Virus record (IMG/VR): IMGVR_UViG_2597489997_000001
Span: 96,001-160,000 of that record
Reading direction: 5' to 3' (one strand)
Source of the DNA: a virus
Lineage: Duplodnaviria > Caudoviricetes
Length of the DNA: 64,000 bases
Positions 49,369 through 57,344 of the stretch are shown piece by piece. The notes beneath the pieces are model-generated. The model worked only from the letters and a program-made list of their open reading frames with translations, ran no database searches and had not been told where the DNA came from. The position numbers and the translations under genes are program-made. Positions within the stretch are counted from its first letter, which is position 1. Every line of letters begins with the position of its first letter.

Positions 49369-50136
49369 ATGAACAGGTTTATCTTAACCATCTTTCTCTT
49401 AATGGCGAGTACTCTGGTTTACGGGTCCGTAGGTGCTAATCCTGACGACTATACCAGAACAGTTGTAATGAAGCGTTTCGATGCAGTCAAGCATGACTTC
49501 TATGAAGCGTCCAAAGCAACAGGAATGGATATGGGTGATCTTGTTGCCATTGCCAGTATTGAATCAACATTAAATAAGACCGCCAAGAATAAAGCTCCCG
49601 GAACGTCCAGTGGACTATTGGGTTACACCAATGGTACTTGGCAATCGGACCGCAAAGCTTATCATAAAGATCTTGGTCTCTCAGCTAATGTTAGTAAAGG
49701 TAACGTCAGAGCCAATTTACTGATTGGTGGAAAAAGCTTAGTCGAAACAGAAAGATTTCTCATAGAAAATTCGCATTTGACTGTAGAGACAGTCAGAAAA
49801 GGCGACCTTTATATGAGTCATTTCTTAGGAACTACAGGAGCACTCCGCGTCATTAACTCGAATAGTTACACGCCGATGTCTAAACTCGTTAGTATTTCTA
49901 AGGCCAATCGAGTCCACTTTGTCAAGCCAAATGGTCAGGTGCGTACAGCACGTGAGTTCCGCTTGTACATGGACATGTTGGTGAAACGTGAACGCGCTTT
50001 TTACGCAGAGGAGATCCAGAAATATCAACTGGCTAAACTTACCGAACAACTTCCTTCTTCTGTAGCGGACTCCATCAATGACGTCATGTCAATCGCTACC
50101 AATAACACATCCAAGTATGTAGGTTGGTCGCTGTAA
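49369..50136 (+). CDS. Lytic transglycosylase (phiKZ gp144-like SLT domain) with N-terminal signal peptide
   Basis: IASIES (catalytic Glu), G....T.GTW and LY+.HF.G..GA motifs; N-terminus MNRFILTIFLLMASTLVYG. Confidence 0.75.
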   Translation: MNRFILTIFLLMASTLVYGSVGANPDDYTRTVVMKRFDAVKHDFYEASKATGMDMGDLVAIASIESTLNKTAKNKAPGTSSGLLGYTNGTWQSDRKAYHKDLGLSANVSKGNVRANLLIGGKSLVETERFLIENSHLTVETVRKGDLYMSHFLGTTGALRVINSNSYTPMSKLVSISKANRVHFVKPNGQVRTAREFRLYMDMLVKRERAFYAEEIQKYQLAKLTEQLPSSVADSINDVMSIATNNTSKYVGWSL

Positions 50137-50203
50137 AAACTTAATATCTACGCACTGTGTGATGTTGTGAGAGGAACAATTTTTCATAAAGAGGTTAGCT
50201 CAT

Positions 50204-50467
50204 ATGAGCATTAGACAAATTAACTGCACTTTCGACAGGAATGGTATTTTATCTCCGGTTGCTAGTTCGGGTCCAAACACAACAGTCGCATTAGTCAATA
50301 TCCAGGGAGACCAGGTTACTGGTAAGACTGGAACAATCAGTTACGCTGGTAGTGTTCGAGCATTCTTGACATTTGACCATCTCGGTTTACGAGTTGAATC
50401 ATACACGTTAACGGTGCAAGACTATGCGACTCAGGTTTCTGTTGAAAATATCGTACGCGTTATTTAA
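50204..50467 (+). CDS. Small beta-rich hypothetical protein
   Basis: 87 aa, GAGGT SD, followed by a hairpin. Confidence 0.65.
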   Translation: MSIRQINCTFDRNGILSPVASSGPNTTVALVNIQGDQVTGKTGTISYAGSVRAFLTFDHLGLRVESYTLTVQDYATQVSVENIVRVI

Positions 50468-50476
50468 TATCAAAAC

Positions 50477-50516
50477 TTAACTTGGGATGGGTAACTCCGT
50501 CCCAAGTTAACCTATG
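50477..50516 (+). terminator. Hairpin followed by TATG
   Basis: TTAACTTGGGATGG-gtaact-CCGTCCCAAGTTAA-cc-TATG. Confidence 0.6.
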
Positions 50517-50532
50517 CTGTTCGTGAGGTATA

Positions 50533-50910
50533 ATGGAGAAACGTAATAAACCTGCATCTATTTTCATTGAACATCCGAAAGGATTTAGAATGGATATTTT
50601 TGTTGACTTCACTGGAGATAGTACACTAACAGAAAGAGAAACAATAGCAAGAATTGCAAGAGTCGAAACGTGCCTGAGTAAAAATGGAATGGGTGTCGTA
50701 AAGGACTCATTTAATATCATGTTCGATTCGTATTACATGCTCATGACTGCGATCAAAGAGCGATACATTGAAGATATTACATTGCCTAATTTCGATACCT
50801 TTACCAAAGAAGATATTGAAGAAGCAATAGTCTTCCTTATTAAATCAGATAAAGCTTGTTCCTTATTCGATGAGATATTCGATGACGACCAGGCAGCAAT
50901 CGTACACTAA
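50533..50910 (+). CDS. Hypothetical protein
   Basis: 125 aa, GAGGT SD. Confidence 0.65.
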   Translation: MEKRNKPASIFIEHPKGFRMDIFVDFTGDSTLTERETIARIARVETCLSKNGMGVVKDSFNIMFDSYYMLMTAIKERYIEDITLPNFDTFTKEDIEEAIVFLIKSDKACSLFDEIFDDDQAAIVH

Positions 50911-50925
50911 CCATAGAGAAATAGA

Positions 50926-51675
50926 ATGCAAACTTTTGAAACGGTATTGTTCCACGAGAAGGATTGGAAAATAACGCTGGTCACTGAAAGAACGCCAGTG
51001 GATAAAGTAACCTCCTTCTTCAAAGTTCATTTCGTTGCAGGTGATGTCCCCCGTGTGGCTAAACGCTGTTGGTCTTATGACGGCTATCTCCACACAAAGA
51101 AAGTTTTTGCTGATCACGTAACACACCCACGTCGTTACACCCCTTTCGATATGCATTGGAAGTTAGATCGTGACTACGGGGAAGATTTCAAAGAGATGAT
51201 GGTTAGTCTAATTGAGAACCCGTTCCTCATGGCTAAGATTTGCGAACACAACCGCAAGACCAAACATCAACCCCATCTATTAAAAGGACACACTTACGTT
51301 AATAAGGAAATGGACGAACATCTCTTTGACGTATTCGATGAGCCTGACGTGGGTATTAAGCTGTGGTTTAAACTGAAGTCCGAGAAAGCCAAAGCTAAGT
51401 TAGAAGGATGCATCCAGTTCGATGGTGAGAATTGTGAATTGGATATTGACCGCTTCTTTGAAAGTCAGACGCCTCTTCTGAATCCTACTGCTGTTCAGAA
51501 TGCAGTAATGGGTTCGATTGTTGATGTCATGGCTCGTGCTCATCCTGATGAGCTTGATCGTAAAGATATCGTGGCAGAGATTGTCAAGTGGTTTGAAGAA
51601 AGCCGCTTCGGTCTCAATTTCTTATTAAATAAACTGAATAAGGAATACCCTGTACGCACTGCGACAAAATGTTAA
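50926..51675 (+). CDS. Hypothetical protein
   Basis: 249-aa ORF in operon context. Confidence 0.65.
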   Translation: MQTFETVLFHEKDWKITLVTERTPVDKVTSFFKVHFVAGDVPRVAKRCWSYDGYLHTKKVFADHVTHPRRYTPFDMHWKLDRDYGEDFKEMMVSLIENPFLMAKICEHNRKTKHQPHLLKGHTYVNKEMDEHLFDVFDEPDVGIKLWFKLKSEKAKAKLEGCIQFDGENCELDIDRFFESQTPLLNPTAVQNAVMGSIVDVMARAHPDELDRKDIVAEIVKWFEESRFGLNFLLNKLNKEYPVRTATKC

Positions 51676-51685
51676 AGGAGACGTA

Positions 51686-53659
51686 ATGTCTAATAAGGTA
51701 AAACGCTTGCTCGAGTTACAGGCTCAGATTAAGTATCATGACTACATGTACTTTGATCAGGATAAGCCGGTGATCTCTGATGCCAAGTATGACGAGATGG
51801 TTGCTGAATATCAGGAACTCCTCGAAGAACACCCTGAATTTGATCCAGCGAAACATACTGTAGGATTTGTGGCTCCAGATCCCTCAATGGAAACCGTTAT
51901 GATTGTCGAGCCGATGCTATCAATTGGCAAACGCAAGACTAAAGCCGATTTCCAGAAATGGATTACTCAGAATGTTTCAACCGATGCGATCTACGAAGAC
52001 AAGCTGGATGGGATGGCTCTGCGCATCGTTTACCATTATGGTGAGCTTATGTGCATCCATACTCGTGGTAATGGAACTGTGGGAGCAGTTCTAAGTCATC
52101 GCCGTCATTTGCTGTTGAATGTCCCTGACTATATTGCCGAAGATAAGGAAGAACCCGTAACTGAGTATACTGGGGAAGCGTTATGCATGTATGCTGATTT
52201 TGAAGCGTATGCAAAACGCCATGAGTTAGATATTAAAGATATCGATACTCGTTCCACGGTGTCTGGGTTAATGAAACGTCAGAAGTCTTCAGATCGTGAT
52301 GATCTTCCTATTTACTTCAAGTGTTATAACGCGAGCAGCAATGTTCGTAATCGTTACGGGTTTTATACCCAGCTACGTCAACACTTTATCGCTTCAGGTT
52401 TCGACTTACCTAAGTTGTTGTCACCAACCGCTGTAGAAGCTCTCCTGGACCTTCCAAGCAAACCAATCGATACTTATCCTGTCGACGGTATTGTGGCTAA
52501 GGACGACGATTTGAGGAGCTGGGATAAGGAACAGGATGCGCAGTACTATTCTTATGCAATCTGTTACAAATATCCAACCTTGGCTCTGCAAAGTAAAGTC
52601 ACGGGTATTGATTGGTCTATCGCTAATAGTGGTGAGTTGATTGGTACATTGATGTACGAGCCTGTTGACTATGACGGAACTAAATTGTCCCGTTGTAAGT
52701 TAGACTATGCTGCAAGCTATTTCGAGAAAGGCTTGCGTATCAACTCCATTATCAGCGTAACGAAATCAAATGAAATTGTACCCAAGCTTGTGTCTTTGGT
52801 TGAGCCTGGCACTGGTCTCAAGCTTTCATATCCTGAGTTCTGTCCATTCTGTAATAAACCTGTTCGTATGGATGATGACAATAAGGTTGCTTTCTGCGTA
52901 AACCCTGACTGTGAAGGTCAGTTGTTGAAACAGTTAACCCGCCTGTCTGAAATCGATGCGTTCGATATTAAAGGTTTGGGTCCCAAACGTATTCAAGCAT
53001 TGTTAGACCATGGATTCTTATCCAATCCGTCTGACCTGTTTGAGTTAACCGAAGAAGACCTTATCAATGCAGGAATTGATCTTGCCACATCAGGTTCCAT
53101 AATGGAACAGATTGGTAAACTGGATGACAAAGACATCAGCCGTTGGCTGGTTGCTTTAGCTATCCCTGAGTTAGGTGTTGGTCGTGCTATTGACATCTCT
53201 AACTTAGCTGCAACGAACGGAATGAATGATGGATTGAAGTTCAGTAACCTGGATGATTTCATTCGTATCATGACTGACGGCATGTTCCTTAAGAATACGT
53301 TTGGATTGGATGGATTGGTTATCGGAATGCATATCAAAACGCATGAAGAAGAGATCCGTAAATTCCTATCCCACTATACGTTTAACAAGGAACGCACGGG
53401 CATCGCTCAGGGAGTCCCTGTATCGATCTCTGGCGGTTGGCCGGTGCTTACACGGGGATTATTAGCGGAAGGTCTTGCTAACGCCGGATACGTGCTCTCA
53501 GACACTGTCTCGCAGTCAGCCAAGGTGTTACTCACCGGAACTAAACCTAGTCCTGGTAAGATAGCCAAAGCTAATCGCTGGGGTATTCCGATTATTAACA
53601 TTACGTCGGTATATGACATTGCAACCATTGCCGTATTGATTGCTAATGCAAATAAATAA
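51686..53659 (+). CDS. ligA: NAD-dependent DNA ligase
   Basis: N-terminal HDY.YF..D.P.ISD..YD domain, adenylation motif EDKLDG, TRGNG, DGIV.K, zinc finger CPFC...C....C, HhH IKGLG and C-terminal BRCT. Confidence 0.92.
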   Translation: MSNKVKRLLELQAQIKYHDYMYFDQDKPVISDAKYDEMVAEYQELLEEHPEFDPAKHTVGFVAPDPSMETVMIVEPMLSIGKRKTKADFQKWITQNVSTDAIYEDKLDGMALRIVYHYGELMCIHTRGNGTVGAVLSHRRHLLLNVPDYIAEDKEEPVTEYTGEALCMYADFEAYAKRHELDIKDIDTRSTVSGLMKRQKSSDRDDLPIYFKCYNASSNVRNRYGFYTQLRQHFIASGFDLPKLLSPTAVEALLDLPSKPIDTYPVDGIVAKDDDLRSWDKEQDAQYYSYAICYKYPTLALQSKVTGIDWSIANSGELIGTLMYEPVDYDGTKLSRCKLDYAASYFEKGLRINSIISVTKSNEIVPKLVSLVEPGTGLKLSYPEFCPFCNKPVRMDDDNKVAFCVNPDCEGQLLKQLTRLSEIDAFDIKGLGPKRIQALLDHGFLSNPSDLFELTEEDLINAGIDLATSGSIMEQIGKLDDKDISRWLVALAIPELGVGRAIDISNLAATNGMNDGLKFSNLDDFIRIMTDGMFLKNTFGLDGLVIGMHIKTHEEEIRKFLSHYTFNKERTGIAQGVPVSISGGWPVLTRGLLAEGLANAGYVLSDTVSQSAKVLLTGTKPSPGKIAKANRWGIPIINITSVYDIATIAVLIANANK

Positions 53660-53668
53660 GGTGGGCAA

Positions 53669-54106
53669 GTGATCTATCCAACCTGTAACCCAAGAACTGA
53701 ACCATATCTCATTAAGGGGGTGGCCCCAGTTCAGCAAAACGGACATGAACTCTGTTTCTTTAAACCTGGCATTATTAACAACGCCAAAGAACTATTCATT
53801 GCTCCGTATGTCCCGGACTTTGAAGACATCACTATTGACTCTGAATCTCTAACCCCTGTCAGATTACTGATGGAAGGTATCGACCCCAATGGTAATAGTG
53901 TACGGTTCTTTGCTGGTAAGGAAGATGATAAAACGCATTGTTCTTATTTGTTAGGTAACCTAGAATTCGAGTATGAAGTGGTTCTCACTCATACCGACAA
54001 ATCAGATACTCTTTCTATAGAGTTAAAGGTAAAGAACTGGACCTCAACTGGAACACTTAAAGCGTTGAGTGTGATCGGTGTGGCTATCGCCGCAAAGCTT
54101 AAGTAA
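53669..54106 (+). CDS. Stand-alone paralogue of an internal major-capsid domain (copy 2, shortest)
   Basis: AAGGTGG SD and GTG start. INNAKELFIAPYVPDFE vs MCP INNLLSLCRAPGATAFE; ends SVIGVAI vs MCP SIHGVDL. Confidence 0.6.
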   Translation: MIYPTCNPRTEPYLIKGVAPVQQNGHELCFFKPGIINNAKELFIAPYVPDFEDITIDSESLTPVRLLMEGIDPNGNSVRFFAGKEDDKTHCSYLLGNLEFEYEVVLTHTDKSDTLSIELKVKNWTSTGTLKALSVIGVAIAAKLK

Positions 54107-54121
54107 CAAGCAAATTAAATA

Positions 54122-54151
54122 AGAACTCTACCCGTCATTGGGTAGAGTTCT
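54122..54151 (+). terminator. Intrinsic terminator
   Basis: AGAACTCTACCC-gtcatt-GGGTAGAGTTCT followed by a T-rich tract. Confidence 0.75.
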
Positions 54152-54177
54152 ATTCTTTCTTTTATTAAGGAGTTTTT

Positions 54178-54486
54178 ATGTTCCGTAAACATTTGGTTAT
54201 CATCCGTGGTCAATATGCTGGCATCGCTCATGGTGCTCAGAAAGTTATTGATAAAATGCAGGGACAGGACGATATCTTTCTGATTGAAGAATCAGACCAG
54301 TGTTTCACCGTAGTTGCAGGTGACGAAGATTTCAACCGCTTCGCTAAGATGTTCATGGGTGAATGGCAGGTCAGTGTTGTTAAGACTGGTCAGTTACCTG
54401 ATTACACGAACGTTCTGGTGTTCGGTAAGGTCATGGACGGCGCTCTGCAACAACGCGCTCAAGACATCGCTAAGAAAATGTTCTAA
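54178..54486 (+). CDS. Hypothetical protein
   Basis: 102 aa, AAGGAG SD. Confidence 0.7.
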   Translation: MFRKHLVIIRGQYAGIAHGAQKVIDKMQGQDDIFLIEESDQCFTVVAGDEDFNRFAKMFMGEWQVSVVKTGQLPDYTNVLVFGKVMDGALQQRAQDIAKKMF

Positions 54487-54495
54487 GGGGTAATC

Positions 54496-55116
54496 ATGGA
54501 AAAACATTACGATTTACAGCGTCGTGGTAATGACGGTTGGATTCTTAATCGTGGTGACCATCAGATCCAAATCTTCCGTCTTCGTGAAGAAATCCAGATA
54601 GGTCCTCATTTTAAGAAGGAACTCTGCGGGGTAGCTTTCCGATATCAAGATTCATCAAAGAACGATCCACAGGAATCTATAACCCTTAGTCTGAAAACAA
54701 TCGATCCGGAACATGATAATACAGATCACTCCCTTATTTATATGACCAGGAAGATATTAGAGCAGGTTCACCTGGGAACCTTTGGTCAGGAATGTTCACG
54801 TTTAAATGAGCGCACTGAGTTTCTGGAATATATCCTGAAGTTCTTGGGCGAAGATCCAAACGTCTATATCGACCGACCTATTCGTATCCCCATTGATACC
54901 CCTATTGGTAAACAGTGGTTGGTAAATTTGGAGGATGAACGATACTACGCAACTCGTAGTTATAGTCCAAGTGACGATTTATATACCACGACCATCCATC
55001 TGACAAATACGAAGTTTCAAATTGGTTCAGGTAAGTATAAAAACCAATCCATGACCTTCATGAGTAAAACTGCCGTCCCGCTGGACATTAATGCGGTAGT
55101 TCTGGTGTTTAAATAA
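54496..55116 (+). CDS. Hypothetical protein
   Basis: 206 aa, AAGGGG SD. Confidence 0.7.
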   Translation: MEKHYDLQRRGNDGWILNRGDHQIQIFRLREEIQIGPHFKKELCGVAFRYQDSSKNDPQESITLSLKTIDPEHDNTDHSLIYMTRKILEQVHLGTFGQECSRLNERTEFLEYILKFLGEDPNVYIDRPIRIPIDTPIGKQWLVNLEDERYYATRSYSPSDDLYTTTIHLTNTKFQIGSGKYKNQSMTFMSKTAVPLDINAVVLVFK

Positions 55117-55123
55117 TTAGGAT

Positions 55124-55149
55124 CCTCTGAGGGCAAGTGCCCTCAGAGG
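55124..55149 (+). terminator. Hairpin
   Basis: CCTCTGAGGGC-aagt-GCCCTCAGAGG. Confidence 0.6.
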
Positions 55150-55176
55150 TCCATTAAACTAAAGGAGTTTTATTTC

Positions 55177-55944
55177 ATGGGTGTTTTAAGAAAATTTGAT
55201 CCAGAATTAGACCAATACTTCAGTAACGATGATCCCAAATATGTTATTAGGGATTTAATATATGAATCTGAGTTAGGGAAGACCAGAGTACAATGGACCA
55301 GGGGTTTGAATACGGTAAATGCCCCATATTACGATCAAGATGGAAACCAGGTTAAATTAATCGGCGACGATTCAATCAACATTAGTGTCGTGGGGCCTGG
55401 CTCTAGTATCATGTACGCCCAGTATCCAAGTGATGATTTGGATCCAAGTATCCCCACCTTGGAATCGGTGATTAACAAAGCGTATGAGTACCTAGTTCTT
55501 AGAACAGTACAGCCCCAACCTATATCCGAATCTGATCCAGATATCGAATGGATGGCCGGTTTAACTGTGGAGAACTTACTCCTGATGATAGACGATCTTC
55601 AAATTAACATATCTGATTTTTCCACAAAGAACCCGGTCATAATCATGGGGCCCAAATGGAGACCAGTTAAAGAGTGTGGATTAAACCACTCTAAAGAGTA
55701 TTATGCTTATAATAAGGACGGATCCAATAGATACTCAGTTAGAATGAACGTCACTGATGGGTTTATAAATTATTATGTATCACAGTACAAAGAAGTGACA
55801 ATCAAGCATGGTGATTGGGTTGTCGGTGTTATTTATGAACCGACAGAGACTAAAATTCATAAAGTTCCTCTTGCCGAGGCTCATGCCATCACCACAAAGC
55901 AAATAGGAATTTTATTTAATGATGATGTTGAACAAGTGTCTTAA
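55177..55944 (+). CDS. Hypothetical protein
   Basis: 255 aa, AAGGAG SD; visibly more AT-rich codons than core genes. Confidence 0.7.
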   Translation: MGVLRKFDPELDQYFSNDDPKYVIRDLIYESELGKTRVQWTRGLNTVNAPYYDQDGNQVKLIGDDSINISVVGPGSSIMYAQYPSDDLDPSIPTLESVINKAYEYLVLRTVQPQPISESDPDIEWMAGLTVENLLLMIDDLQINISDFSTKNPVIIMGPKWRPVKECGLNHSKEYYAYNKDGSNRYSVRMNVTDGFINYYVSQYKEVTIKHGDWVVGVIYEPTETKIHKVPLAEAHAITTKQIGILFNDDVEQVS

Positions 55945-55955
55945 CTAATATAAAA

Positions 55956-55984
55956 GAGAGGTCCGTTTGGACCTCTCCTCTATG
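55956..55984 (+). terminator. Hairpin followed by TATG and T-rich tract
   Basis: GAGAGGTCC-gttt-GGACCTCTC. Confidence 0.55.
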
Positions 55985-56094
55985 TTTGTTTGAAAAAATA
56001 GGGTTCTACCTATAATAAGGTAGATAATGTTTATTAATCTGGAGATTTCTTATGAAGAGTGAACTTCCCTGTTCCTCAGTAATTTAAGGAGGGG

Positions 56095-56640
56095 ATGATG
56101 GATTGGCATATTTATACTGATGGTTCACGTATTGGTGATTCGACCACTGATGGTGGACCTGGCGGATGGGCATGGGTCTGTACCTATGGCGATATCCGAG
56201 CCGAAGATAGCTGTGGGTTCTTCAAGACCACGAACAACCGTATGGAGATATTGGCTGTAGTAGAAGCTCTTTCTCAATTACAGGAAAGTTCGTCTGTCAA
56301 GATTTATACCGACAGCCAATACACAATTGATGGTGCTACAAAGTGGGTATGGGGCTGGATCAAAAATGGATGGCAGAGAAAGACCCAATCTGGTGGTTTA
56401 GAAGATGTTAAGAACTGTGACCTGTTCAAACGTCTTCATGAACTTACCCGCTTTCACAAAGTCGAATTTATCAAGGTTAAAGCTCACTCCGGTATTCCTG
56501 ATAACGAACGCTGTGATGTGTTAGCTAAATCTGCTGCCGCTAACCCTACCAAAATCGATGAGGGATTCACTCCTCGTCCTGCTGGTGAGAAGACAGGCGG
56601 TTATCGACCTTGGGGTGGTAAACCTCACTGGAAACGTTAA
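56095..56640 (+). CDS. rnhA: Ribonuclease HI
   Basis: IYTDGS, GPGGW, TTNNRME, YTDSQY, VKN.DL, VKAHSG and NERCD.LA motifs. Confidence 0.95.
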   Translation: MMDWHIYTDGSRIGDSTTDGGPGGWAWVCTYGDIRAEDSCGFFKTTNNRMEILAVVEALSQLQESSSVKIYTDSQYTIDGATKWVWGWIKNGWQRKTQSGGLEDVKNCDLFKRLHELTRFHKVEFIKVKAHSGIPDNERCDVLAKSAAANPTKIDEGFTPRPAGEKTGGYRPWGGKPHWKR

Positions 56641-56646
56641 ACTAAT

Positions 56647-56670
56647 CCCACTATTTCGGTAGTGGGTTTT
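56647..56670 (+). terminator. Intrinsic terminator
   Basis: CCCACTAT-ttcg-GTAGTGGG followed by TTTT. Confidence 0.75.
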
Positions 56671-56694
56671 CTTTCTTATATAAGGTAGAAACAA

Positions 56695-57307
56695 ATGTAC
56701 GAACAAGTTCGGTTGATCCCTGTATTCAACTCAACTACTGAGGATGTATTTGTTCCAACAATGGATTATCCTCCGTTCGAGTTTACTTACGGTAACAACG
56801 ATATCCTGGAGCGTCCCGATCTATTTTTCAAGTTACCTGAAAGTTGATGCCAATATCAACCTGCGTCATTTGGTATCCCTTGGTTCTGAGAAATGGGGCG
56901 TCAATGATCATATTGATTTGAGCCGTCTTTACATCAAAGGTGTTCTGATCAAAGTAACCAACGGTGATAAAGAAGAAGTATTGGAGCTGGATGGTCTGTT
57001 CGGCGTTGCTGGCACTGGTTTCCTCCCAGCTATCCATTCAAGTCATCAGGTGCGCAGAGCTTATCTGAGTATGAAGCATCTTGCAGCACGTTGTTTCAAA
57101 CGTCCTGACCGTTATCCCCCAACGATCTTCGGTAATGAAGAAGCTCCTAACATCACCTTCGAGTTAGGTCTCTGTTATGATGATCAACAGGGTGTTGTTG
57201 AGACCACCATTCACTCTGCAATGAGTAGCGTCAAGTCAGCTACCGTTAAAGTGATCGGATACATTCTGGATATTGAACACAAGTCTACGGACCTGAACCT
57301 TATTTAA
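56695..57307 (+). CDS. Stand-alone paralogue of an internal major-capsid domain (copy 3), interrupted by a +1 frameshift at 56824-56828
   Basis: True start ATG 56695 with AAGGT SD (50-aa ORF to 56847), continuing in the +1 frame to 57307. The joined product aligns with MCP 181-410 with no gap across the junction. Confidence 0.75.
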
Positions 57308-57344
57308 TCCGCCATTTTATGTCATCTATTGTTGAGGTCTCAAC

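Noticed and set aside
56744-56827. N-terminus MYLFQQWIILRSSLLTV... of the ORF-track call, which looks hydrophobic
   Set aside because: It is the off-frame reading of the true N-terminus starting at 56695, which matches the capsid domain.
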